From contig CAZDUS010000001.1 of the NCBI GenBank assembly GCA_964508705.1, positions 80,799-144,798 of the forward strand: a DNA stretch of 64,000 nt, written 5' to 3'. This stretch comes from an uncultured Verrucomicrobiota bacterium. Lineage in GTDB: Bacteria > Verrucomicrobiota > Kiritimatiellia > CAIKKV01 > CAITUY01. The position numbers and the translations under genes are program-made. The notes below the pieces were generated by a model that saw only the letters and a program-made list of their open reading frames with translations, was not told where the DNA came from and ran no database searches. Numbering within the stretch: the first letter of the stretch is position 1; every line of letters begins with the position of its first letter. Positions 39,481 to 48,344 of the stretch are shown here, piece by piece.

Positions 39481-40698
39481 CTACACCCCGTATCGCCCGT
39501 GCCGCTGAATCGCCGCCATCAACAGCCGCATGCCTGTTAGCCGACTGCCATTATTAACGGACCCCGCCGTCCCGAATCGCAACCCGCGCTTCCCCTTCGC
39601 TTGCTCAAAATCCCTCAGGAACTCGGCCACCATGTTGGCCTCCTCATTCCGACTGAAGGTAAACGGCGCCAACTGTCCATCAATCACGGCATCCGGACAA
39701 TGCTCCCGGATCTCACGCACGGTCAAGGTCGGACCGAAGTTCACGCCTTTCAGCTTCAATTCCGAAAGCTGTGGAAGCAAATGTCCCATGGCGGAATCAC
39801 TGTGCTGGTAACGACGATCCCCCGGTTCCGGCGCATAACGCCCCATTACTTCCCGGTGAATGGGCATCGCGAACAGCTCATACATTTCCGTGTTGAATAG
39901 ACAGCAATTGTCATCCCACCAACCCCACCCGCGTTGTTTAGGATTGACCCCCGTGTAGTCCGCCTCCACGTCAAGCACCCGGGCTCTCTCCAAAATGGCG
40001 CGCCGAATCACATCGCCAAAACGCAGGAACAACCCCTGATCATCGTAAAACAACAGCAACAGGTTTTCCGCCCCGTACACTGATGTCGCAAACGTGCAGG
40101 GGCCCCTCTGCTTCCGATAAATCGGCACATCGCAGCCCAGCCCCACGAGTCGCCGCTTCTCCTCTTCCCAGTTCGCAGGCAACATGAACTCCCTGAGATT
40201 TTCCAGCCGCCGCTCAACCCGGTCCAACAATGCCGAAAGTTCCTCGGGCGTATTTGCCGACTGCTTCAGCCACCAGGACCCTGTGGTTCCGCCCTCCCAC
40301 ACGTTCTCAGCCTCGAAAATATCATTCAGCCCCTTAACCGTTGGCCACTTCCTTGACTGATCCGCCAACGCCTCGCTGATCAACCGACGCCCTACAATTT
40401 TCTCCGATAAGTCATTGTACTTCCGCTTAATATCCAGCGCCCACGCCTCGTCACCGTGATAAAACCGCCAGAAGTCAACCGGTATCCCCAACTCATCATA
40501 CACACACTCGTCCGTGCATATCGCATACAGGGGAACCTGCGCTATATCCTTGCCGAACGCATTCTTGAACCCCACATCCTGATCTTTCCAGAATTGCGCC
40601 AAATCCACCGGCGCCAAGCCTTTGTTGGCCGCCGTGTCCGCCAGCAACTGATCCACCAACTTACGATGTTCAACCGGTGCCATTTCATACGCGTCCAT
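39481..40698 (-). CDS. Hypothetical protein, possibly uroporphyrinogen-decarboxylase-like (URO-D/MtaA superfamily) barrel
   Basis: 405 aa with a strong RBS (AGGAGGAAGCCT before the ATG). The C-terminal pattern (HSDSAMGHLLP...GVNFGP...IDGQLAP...GSVNNG) resembles URO-D-family proteins. It is confidently coding, but the product is uncertain. Confidence 0.55.
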   Translation of the reverse strand: MDAYEMAPVEHRKLVDQLLADTAANKGLAPVDLAQFWKDQDVGFKNAFGKDIAQVPLYAICTDECVYDELGIPVDFWRFYHGDEAWALDIKRKYNDLSEKIVGRRLISEALADQSRKWPTVKGLNDIFEAENVWEGGTTGSWWLKQSANTPEELSALLDRVERRLENLREFMLPANWEEEKRRLVGLGCDVPIYRKQRGPCTFATSVYGAENLLLLFYDDQGLFLRFGDVIRRAILERARVLDVEADYTGVNPKQRGWGWWDDNCCLFNTEMYELFAMPIHREVMGRYAPEPGDRRYQHSDSAMGHLLPQLSELKLKGVNFGPTLTVREIREHCPDAVIDGQLAPFTFSRNEEANMVAEFLRDFEQAKGKRGLRFGTAGSVNNGSRLTGMRLLMAAIQRHGRYGV

Positions 40699-40806
40699 AG
40701 GCTTCCTCCTGAATTATTTCACATTGCGTTTTAAAGAATGCGTCAATGATACTATGTCAATAAACATCCTATTGCATCTTAATGCCTGTCATTTTAGGAT
40801 CACAGT

Positions 40807-41715
40807 ATGTCATTATTTGATTCATCCTATATCGACGCCAAGTTCAACCCGACCTCGGACAGTCACCCGGCACCTGCCTTGATGAATCACCCCACGGCTG
40901 GAAAATTCCATCTGACCAACATCATTCTGTTTGAAAAGCGAGTCGGCCCTTCAAAAATTGGCGAGCACCAGCATCCCGTTTACCACCTCGTTTATTTCGT
41001 AGAGGGGGAGAACGAATTCTTGCTTGAAGGCGAAAGAACGCAGGCCAGGCGCGGCACCTGCATACTCTCCGGCCCTGACGAAACCCACTCCTTCCTCCCC
41101 CTCAAGGCGGGGCAAACCGTCCATCACGCCATCACGTTTACTTTTGCACCTCTGAAAAACACTCCCTCGTGGGCGGACTTGCTCTCGCATTACACAGGCT
41201 ACACGCTGAAACAGGCTCCCACGGTATTTGAAATTCCAGAAGCCGCTTTTGTAAACCTGACGCCGCTATGGGCTTCCCTGCGCGCCGCGCTATCACTCCG
41301 GGGCCCGGCAGCCAACCAGCGGATTCACTTCGGGGTATTGCAATTGTTCGCGTTCATCGCCGACCTTCTCGCTGAGCAACAGCGCCAAACACTCTCCAAA
41401 CCCAGAACCCCCGAAACCATTGCCCGGGATTTTCTGGATTCACATTATGGCGTCAAAATCACCTTGGTTGAACTCGCCCGCCAGTCAAAAGTCAGTCCTG
41501 CTCACCTGAGTCGCGCCTTCAAGCGACGCTACGGCACGTCACCCATTCAATACCGCGACGCCCTGCGAATGAACGCCGCCAAAAATCTGCTTCTCCATAG
41601 CGATCTGCTGATCAAGGAAATTGCCTACCAACTCTCCTATCCCGACCTCTTCACTTTTTCCAAGGCCTTCCGCCGCTACCACCATTGCGCCCCCAGCGCC
41701 TTTCGTTACAAATAA
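40807..41715 (+). CDS. AraC-family transcriptional regulator (cupin sensor + HTH)
   Basis: 302 aa with C-terminal VSPAHLSRAFKRRYGTSPIQYR...FSKAFRRYH. It is divergent from the 39481-40698 gene. Confidence 0.9.
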   Translation: MSLFDSSYIDAKFNPTSDSHPAPALMNHPTAGKFHLTNIILFEKRVGPSKIGEHQHPVYHLVYFVEGENEFLLEGERTQARRGTCILSGPDETHSFLPLKAGQTVHHAITFTFAPLKNTPSWADLLSHYTGYTLKQAPTVFEIPEAAFVNLTPLWASLRAALSLRGPAANQRIHFGVLQLFAFIADLLAEQQRQTLSKPRTPETIARDFLDSHYGVKITLVELARQSKVSPAHLSRAFKRRYGTSPIQYRDALRMNAAKNLLLHSDLLIKEIAYQLSYPDLFTFSKAFRRYHHCAPSAFRYK

Positions 41716-41934
41716 CCGCGCCCGCCTTGCCGTTTCTCGACGCCCTGCCGAATCCCCGTTACCAGGAGTTATGCACTTCTCCCCTGAATTGGAGCCACCG
41801 TCGGAGTTCATCCTGCTTGCGCTTCCTACCCCATTCTGACATATTTGTTGTTTAGGAATGCGGCTTTTGGTCGGCCAAATGGAGTATGCCCCTTGCCGTC
41901 GGAAGACAATTTCTTGTCCACATTATAGAAAATC

Positions 41935-42666
41935 ATGGACATTACTCTTTCATTGAGACATCCGATACTGCCGCACGGTGATCCACCTGTCTTTGAACGC
42001 AAGTTCGTAGGGGAACCCTCAATGCTGGCGTTCACTTTGAATTGGCTTCAACACGTCTGTATCCCTGATTCGACTCATACTGAGGCCGTCATCATGAGCC
42101 TTTATTACGACACACCCGGGTTGGCTTCGTATTTTGAAAAACTGGATGGAGATACTCAAAAAACCAAATATCGCCTCCGCTGGTACCTTCCCGATAATTC
42201 ACCCGATGCCGATTCCTATTTCGCCTATATGGAAATTAAAAGCAAACTGGGAGACGGCAGGAATAAGGTTCGGACACGGCTTACAGCAAATCGGCGCGTA
42301 CTGCATTCAGCCGATGTCGAGCATCCATGGTTCATGGACGCTCTTCATGAAGCCAACCGGATTCTTAACCGCCCCATGGACGCCAGCTTGATGCCTATGG
42401 CTGTCATTCATTACCGGCGGTATCGCTTTATTTGCCCGGAAACTCTGGCCAGCATCAGTCTTGACTCGGAAATTTCTGTCGACCGTTATAACACGTCCCG
42501 TTTAACTCCGGTGGAGCCACTCGATATTCCTGCCCTGGTGCTGGAAATCAAGGATCAGAAACGGTGTAATCCGGCTTGGCTAACCCCGTTGCTCGAAGCC
42601 GGATTTGTCCGGCAGGGATTTTCAAAATATGCCGAATGTATCAACAGAATGATGTGGGAAGGATAA
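41935..42666 (+). CDS. VTC-domain (polyphosphate-polymerase-like triphosphate tunnel) protein
   Basis: 243 aa with the tunnel-strand signature series FERKF, SLYYDT, KYRLRWY, YMEIKSK, KVRTRL, YRRYRF, ISLDSEI, VLEIKDQ and FSKYAEC. Confidence 0.85.
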   Translation: MDITLSLRHPILPHGDPPVFERKFVGEPSMLAFTLNWLQHVCIPDSTHTEAVIMSLYYDTPGLASYFEKLDGDTQKTKYRLRWYLPDNSPDADSYFAYMEIKSKLGDGRNKVRTRLTANRRVLHSADVEHPWFMDALHEANRILNRPMDASLMPMAVIHYRRYRFICPETLASISLDSEISVDRYNTSRLTPVEPLDIPALVLEIKDQKRCNPAWLTPLLEAGFVRQGFSKYAECINRMMWEG

Positions 42667-42671
42667 GAAAG

Positions 42672-43358
42672 ATGAGTATTTTGACCAAACTGCAAGACGC
42701 CGCTTCAATTCAAGACCTGTCAGCCAAAATGGACCCCGTGCTGTTTGTGGTGGCACTTCTCGTGTCACTGCTCTCATCTTTTTTTGCCGGCTGGTTATAC
42801 ACAACCTTTTGTCAACGCAAGGGATCAGGCAGTCAGATCAACCGGGCATTCCCGCTTCTGGGAGTGTCGGTAACAACCTTGTTCATCTGCGTTCAGATTT
42901 CACTCCCGCTCTCTCTGGGCCTTTTGGGAGCGTTATCCATCATCCGCTTCCGGACGCCGGTCAAGGAGCCTGAAGAAACTGGATTTATCATGATGGTCAT
43001 TGCCGGAGCGATTACCTGCGCGACGTTCAACTTCCAATTCCTGATCGTTCTATATGTCGTGGGCTTTGTGGCGCTTTATTTTCAGAATCGCGGCTGGGCC
43101 TGGCGAAAAGCCGCCGACGGAATGCTGGTGGTTGCGCTTAGCGATGAACAAGCCCGTCTTCACCAGCCAGGTCTTCAACAGTGCGTCGCCGCAGAATCAC
43201 GCCGGGTTTCTCTCGAAAGCATGACCAGCAAAGATGGCCTGACCAGTCTGCACTATTCCTTCAGCGGTCTCAAAACCGGCACCGGTGAGTTGGCTGATAA
43301 ACTCAGATCGATTGCGAACCTCGCGACGGTAAATGTCTTCTTTAACAGACCGGGATGA
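42672..43358 (+). CDS. DUF4956 membrane protein
   Basis: The start is at ATG 42672, 5 nt after the VTC stop. It has four TM segments and the family hallmark LGALSIIRFRTPVKEPEE. Confidence 0.85.
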   Translation: MSILTKLQDAASIQDLSAKMDPVLFVVALLVSLLSSFFAGWLYTTFCQRKGSGSQINRAFPLLGVSVTTLFICVQISLPLSLGLLGALSIIRFRTPVKEPEETGFIMMVIAGAITCATFNFQFLIVLYVVGFVALYFQNRGWAWRKAADGMLVVALSDEQARLHQPGLQQCVAAESRRVSLESMTSKDGLTSLHYSFSGLKTGTGELADKLRSIANLATVNVFFNRPG

Positions 43359-43390
43359 ATGCTCCTTCAATCCAGGCAGGATAAATCGAC

Positions 43391-46267
43391 ATGCGCTCAC
43401 ACATTCATAAACGCAGCTTGATCTTGTGGGCGGTCATGTTCGGCTTGCTTGCCGCCTTCATAATGTTTGGCCCAATGCTGGCTGAGACAATACGGCATTC
43501 AGAATCCCATTATCGCTCAAAAATAGGAAACGCCTTGCGTGTGGCGGGCGTTGAAGCCTACTGGTCGATGGACGAGTTGGTGCTTTCCGAACAGGTCCAC
43601 AACGCGCTCATAACAACCGACGGAACCCGCCGGGTTCCGGGCGTAAAGGGATATGCCCGTGAGTTTATTTCCGAAGCCAATGGATACATTCGGACCGATC
43701 TGCCATATAATATTGCTCGCCCACCATTTACCTTCTCCTGCTGGCTGAAGTTCACAGACAACATTCCGGATCAAAGCATCTGCAAGTACCTCGTAACGAA
43801 AAACGGTATCCTGACAACAGCCTTCTCTCATCAGGCATCTCCGCTGGGTTGGCCAATTGATATCCATAATCGGTTTTTCCATGTGGCGCTGACCCTTGAC
43901 GGCTCCGCCAAAACGTCCAACGTCGTCGGACGTCTATATATAGATGGGAAACGCATAGCAGAGGCCCCGCTTGGATCCGTTTCAACGGATGGTCACCTGC
44001 TGTGTTTTGGTGAGGATCGCTGGACGCCACCGGCCCAATTTTCGCTTGATGAAGTAAGCCTATGGAATCGCTCGTTGTCGCCGGATGAAATCAGCCGTTT
44101 ATGCAAGCCCGGGCAAAGCATCCGCGCCAGAGGTGTCGCCATCCGCCGACTCAAATTGGCCGCCTGTGAATGGCTAGGCGAACTTATTCATTCAATAGAC
44201 ACGGTAGCGGATTTGTTTAACCCCACCCTTAATCCCGGCCGACTGAACAGGATCGGCCTTGCCGATTTTTCACTCGTACTCTCTAAACGGGACATCAAGG
44301 CGTTCAATCGATATGTCAATGATAGGCTTGATGCGGGAATTTCAGTGTATGGGGTCTCGGAAAAACGCTGTATTTCCGTCCTTCGTGACGGTGCACTTGG
44401 TTCAGCAAGCATGCGTGTGCTGGGGTCACGTCAACGCTTTAAATACGGCCATCCGAAACCAAGTTATATCGTCACTGTGGACAATGATGCTGATAATGCT
44501 GGAATTGAAAAATGGCTGTTTCAAACCCCGGAGGAATCCCCGTTCCTCCTCCAGTTACTTGCTTCACAACTGGCGGAAGCCGTTCGCTACCCCGTGCAGG
44601 CTCCCGAATTATGCACGTTGAATATCAACGGGGGACAACCGGGGCTATACCTGTTTGAGAAGCTTCAAGTTGAACGCAGCCTTCCTTCGGTATCAGCCAC
44701 CAATGGATGGAAGCAATGCCTGAAGGTTCTCCCTGTATGCTCCTCCGAAATCTTGCGAACATTTGACTCCCTGGCAGATCAATATGAACCCGTTTTCACC
44801 AGTGATAAGAAGAGCCCACTGAATCGTCGGGAAATGGCATGGGCCATAGAGCGGCAGCGAAAACAATTACTCGCCTTTCTCGAGAAGCCTGATGTTTGGT
44901 CCAATGAGATGCTGGTCAAACGGGTCTGTGACTATATCGCGCCGGAATTGTTTCTTGGACAAAATCTGATGGCGTGCAGTATCCGCACCGCGCTGGACTT
45001 TAGCGCGACGAATATCAACGGGGTGGCGATTTCATTTCAAAGCCTTTCACCAGAACTGCTGGATAACCATGGCCGTATCTTGGAGGGTCTGGACAGCCCT
45101 GTGGACCGGAACGTGTCGGTGCAAGTCACCGCGAGACGTGGCGGAGTGGAAATGAACAAGACGTTGCGGTTCACAATAGCAGGCAGTGGGCGGCGTCTCC
45201 CCGTTCTCGATATCCAGACCGCCGGATCCTTTACGGAGTTTGAACCGGCTCAATGCCATGTGGGCATGCTCGAAGAAAATGGTCGGCGGCATAATCTGCC
45301 CTGCGGCGAAATTCATTTGCGCGGAAACACAGCTTTGGTAAAGGCAAAAAAATCGTATTACGAAATCGAGTTCGACAAACCCCACGGAATTGACGGGCTC
45401 GTCACGTCAAGACATCTGCTTCTTACTTCCATGTATCGGGATCCGACGCTAATGCGGGACAAGCTGGCTTATGACCTCTTTCGAAGCTTTTCCAAGCCCG
45501 GTAAACCCCGCTACGCGCCACATTCCCGTTTTGTTGAGGTTGTTTTGAATGGCGAATATGTCGGGGTTTACGAGATGACAGACCGCGTTGATTCCGAGCT
45601 ATTGGGTTTTGCTGCCAAGTTCGATGACCCGACAGCTCCAGCTGTTCTGTATAAGGCCGTCGGCGAGGGCGCAACTTTTGAACGCCGCAGTCAGGCCAAC
45701 TATGTCCAAAAACTTCCCCGATGGAAAAAAGGATCCTATTGGGGCCCCTATAACGACTTGATGGATTTTGTGGGACACTCGGACAGCAACACCTTCGCGC
45801 GTCAGGTTGAACAATTGATAGACGTGGATAACATCATCGACTTCGAATTATTGCTCAGTCTCAGTTGCAATGGCGAGGGCCGGAATTTCAACCTCTTCAT
45901 TGCTCGTAATGGCGGCCCGGGTGAAAAATTTTTCCTTGTTCCGTGGGATTACGACATGGCGTTTTGGAAGCCGGTGAAAGCAAATAACTACCTGATTGAC
46001 CGGTTACATCGGGACCTGCCCGGCTATACGACGCGCTTGAAGGCCCGCTGGAAAGAGTTGAGGGAAGGCCCGCTGGAAAATGGCCGCGTAATGGCCTTGT
46101 TGGATGACCTGTACGCCCAGCTCGGCAGGGGAGGCGCCGAACGGAATTTCAATCGCTGGCCTCATCCGAATTATCCCTATGAACCCAATGTTGAATTCCT
46201 ACGCTCGTGGTTGCAGACACGCCTGGCAAAGATAGACGCAATCATTGCGGCGACTCCTTCCAACTGA
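43391..46267 (+). CDS. Membrane-anchored LamG-domain + CotH-family atypical kinase protein
   Basis: 958 aa with an N-terminal anchor (LILWAVMFGLLAAFIMF). The LamG/ConA-like module reads FTFSCWLKF...HVALTLDG...LYIDGKRIAE...LDEVSLWNRSLSPDEI. The C-terminal CotH pattern reads YRDPTLMRDKLAYDLFRS...VEVVLNGEYVGVYEMTDRVD...NFNLFIARN...LVPWDYDMAF. Confidence 0.85.
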   Translation: MRSHIHKRSLILWAVMFGLLAAFIMFGPMLAETIRHSESHYRSKIGNALRVAGVEAYWSMDELVLSEQVHNALITTDGTRRVPGVKGYAREFISEANGYIRTDLPYNIARPPFTFSCWLKFTDNIPDQSICKYLVTKNGILTTAFSHQASPLGWPIDIHNRFFHVALTLDGSAKTSNVVGRLYIDGKRIAEAPLGSVSTDGHLLCFGEDRWTPPAQFSLDEVSLWNRSLSPDEISRLCKPGQSIRARGVAIRRLKLAACEWLGELIHSIDTVADLFNPTLNPGRLNRIGLADFSLVLSKRDIKAFNRYVNDRLDAGISVYGVSEKRCISVLRDGALGSASMRVLGSRQRFKYGHPKPSYIVTVDNDADNAGIEKWLFQTPEESPFLLQLLASQLAEAVRYPVQAPELCTLNINGGQPGLYLFEKLQVERSLPSVSATNGWKQCLKVLPVCSSEILRTFDSLADQYEPVFTSDKKSPLNRREMAWAIERQRKQLLAFLEKPDVWSNEMLVKRVCDYIAPELFLGQNLMACSIRTALDFSATNINGVAISFQSLSPELLDNHGRILEGLDSPVDRNVSVQVTARRGGVEMNKTLRFTIAGSGRRLPVLDIQTAGSFTEFEPAQCHVGMLEENGRRHNLPCGEIHLRGNTALVKAKKSYYEIEFDKPHGIDGLVTSRHLLLTSMYRDPTLMRDKLAYDLFRSFSKPGKPRYAPHSRFVEVVLNGEYVGVYEMTDRVDSELLGFAAKFDDPTAPAVLYKAVGEGATFERRSQANYVQKLPRWKKGSYWGPYNDLMDFVGHSDSNTFARQVEQLIDVDNIIDFELLLSLSCNGEGRNFNLFIARNGGPGEKFFLVPWDYDMAFWKPVKANNYLIDRLHRDLPGYTTRLKARWKELREGPLENGRVMALLDDLYAQLGRGGAERNFNRWPHPNYPYEPNVEFLRSWLQTRLAKIDAIIAATPSN

Positions 46268-46276
46268 ATGTCTGAC

Positions 46277-46930
46277 TCACTGTTTTGACACCACTGCAGT
46301 AGCATCACCGGCAACGGATCGAGGACGGAAACAGGCGCTGCCTATGCTGCCCCCCAAGGCCAGCAGGGCCCCTATGCTGCCAACCACAAATCCTATAGCT
46401 TGACCAGCGCGCCCCACGCTGACAACAGCCAGCATGACTTGAAATAACAGATGCAGCATCATGCCCACCGCAATCAGCACCCACACCCGACGATCCCGCG
46501 GCACAAACAGCGCCGTAAACCAAACTGACAGCAGAATAATCACCGATAGAACAACCCCGGCCCATTGCAACTTTGCTGGCAGCCAGGAATCGTTTAGCAA
46601 TAGCAACGTGACGCACAACGCCATCAACGTGAGTCCGCCCATGGTATGTACCGCCACATGTAGCCACGGCCAGGCACCCCGCTTACCTGAATAACCCCTC
46701 AGTGCCGAGAACACAACCAGAAGAGCCCAGACATAGGGATAGGTAATGACAAACGAAGCCCCACAAAAAGCCGCAGCCTCTCCGGCACTTTCGGACGACA
46801 ACACCGCACCCGCCATCCACTGCATCATACCAAAGGGGGCGTGCATGAACCCCATCGGCATGAAAAATGAAAAAAGGAACAGACCTCCGCCCAGGACCAA
46901 CGCGATGCGACTCAAGACCAACCCGATCAT
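46277..46930 (-). CDS. Polytopic membrane protein, unknown function
   Basis: 217 aa with about 6 TM helices. Its start overlaps the upstream stop (ATGA), which implies co-translation with the phosphodiester glycosidase gene. Confidence 0.6.
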   Translation of the reverse strand: MIGLVLSRIALVLGGGLFLFSFFMPMGFMHAPFGMMQWMAGAVLSSESAGEAAAFCGASFVITYPYVWALLVVFSALRGYSGKRGAWPWLHVAVHTMGGLTLMALCVTLLLLNDSWLPAKLQWAGVVLSVIILLSVWFTALFVPRDRRVWVLIAVGMMLHLLFQVMLAVVSVGRAGQAIGFVVGSIGALLALGGSIGSACFRPRSVAGDATAVVSKQ

Positions 46931-48162
46931 TGTGCGCCTCCCTCACCCAACGTCCCGGCATCTTGCGGCACCAGGATCGCCAGACCGTTACACATCGCGC
47001 GCGGCCCCCCACGACCCCGAATGACATAGTCATTCTCAAAAATCGTGGCTGAATCACCTCCGTCAAACATGATGGCATCGGACGACCCGAGACCAATCAT
47101 CAAATCCGCTAAGTCCGGCAATTCCAATCCCACACTTTCTTTGCATCGCCCCCTGACAACAAGAAGATACACTCGCCGCCCGTCACGACTGATGCCAACC
47201 ACGGCACGTGGATGAGGCCGCTTAAGGTAGGCGGCTTCTGCCGCGCAAATACCGTCGGCTTTCAATTCAATACTGACCTTTCCATCACGAACGATCCGTG
47301 GTCCTCCGCCAACAGCCTCTCTGGCGTGCGGAACCAAATCGGTGCGAATTTGCACTGCGAGCCCTTCCCGAATACCCGTCGGCAGTACCGGATCACCCGT
47401 CTTCCCTCCGCAGGCAAGGACCAGGCCGGTGCGCGGCAGCGGTACGGGCTTGCCATCCGTGAAAAGTCTTGTTACCCGTCCGGTCACCACTCCACCGACC
47501 AAAGGTAAGTCAGCGTCGATCAAGACTGCACCCTGCGGGGCTGGGGCTTCACTGACTTCGCGCGTGTTCGAGTATAGGTGCATGCCCGGCAGACAGCCAC
47601 GCTTGGGACGGTTCATGTCGCAAACATCGAGCCAGACGGGATCATCGCCAATCCGAACCTGTAGCTTCGCTTGCGGATTGGCAATCAGGGGCCGCCCCCC
47701 GGGATCTATCATAAACGCGGAACGCCCTTGCGGTGAATACACCAGACGGCCATCCAAAAGTTGGATCCCCCATGGTCCGGCCATGCCGTTGCCGAAATAG
47801 TCACCGCTGATTGCCGCCGCCACGCGCCGTTCGGGAGTGGTGATTGCCCGCACCATTTCCGCTACAGTACCGCGTCCTAATTTAGAATCCGGCCGGAGAT
47901 GCAAAACTCCCAAACTCAATCCTCCCTGGTCAAGATTCGCGCGTACGACATGATAAGAAAGGGGTACCGGTTGCGTCCGGAAATAATCAGCCCGTTCCAC
48001 GCCAGGCGCCAGCGGTTCATACACTAGCTTGGGGTTGATCAGATCCGGGTCCGATTGCCGTTCTTTATTCGTACGGGAACAACTGGCTACAGCCAACACC
48101 AGCAGGCCCAGCGCCAGAAAAGCCGGCCACCGCTCTAAACGATCCTGCAAGAACAAGCTCAT
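46927..48162 (-). CDS. Lipoprotein, phosphodiester glycosidase family (NAGPA 'uncovering enzyme'-like)
   Basis: It has a lipobox (LAVASC). Family motifs are GDYFGNGMAGPWGIQLLDG, AVGGGPRIVRDG, PRAVVGISRDGRRVYLLVV and AIMFDGGDS. Confidence 0.8.
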   Translation of the reverse strand: MSLFLQDRLERWPAFLALGLLVLAVASCSRTNKERQSDPDLINPKLVYEPLAPGVERADYFRTQPVPLSYHVVRANLDQGGLSLGVLHLRPDSKLGRGTVAEMVRAITTPERRVAAAISGDYFGNGMAGPWGIQLLDGRLVYSPQGRSAFMIDPGGRPLIANPQAKLQVRIGDDPVWLDVCDMNRPKRGCLPGMHLYSNTREVSEAPAPQGAVLIDADLPLVGGVVTGRVTRLFTDGKPVPLPRTGLVLACGGKTGDPVLPTGIREGLAVQIRTDLVPHAREAVGGGPRIVRDGKVSIELKADGICAAEAAYLKRPHPRAVVGISRDGRRVYLLVVRGRCKESVGLELPDLADLMIGLGSSDAIMFDGGDSATIFENDYVIRGRGGPRAMCNGLAILVPQDAGTLGEGGAQ

Positions 48163-48226
48163 ATGAATTCCTTCCTAATATTATCGCAAAAATCTATCAC
48201 TATCCCACCCATTTATGCCTTCTCCC

Positions 48227-48268
48227 TCACTGGATCAGGAATCTCAACGCCAGCGATGCCACCTCGCC
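48227..48268 (-). pseudogene. Displaced relic of the last 13 codons plus stop of glyA
   Basis: It reads GEVASLALRFLIQ*, against [13 protein letters not shown] at the true glyA end (51346-51387). By my hand alignment, 38 of 46 nt are identical over 48222-48267 versus 51341-51386. Confidence 0.6.
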
Positions 48269-48344
48269 GAACAACCTTCATCTTATATTTTGATTCCTTT
48301 TGTAAGCATTATCCAGTCATGAGCATTGCAACCAAAACCCGGCG

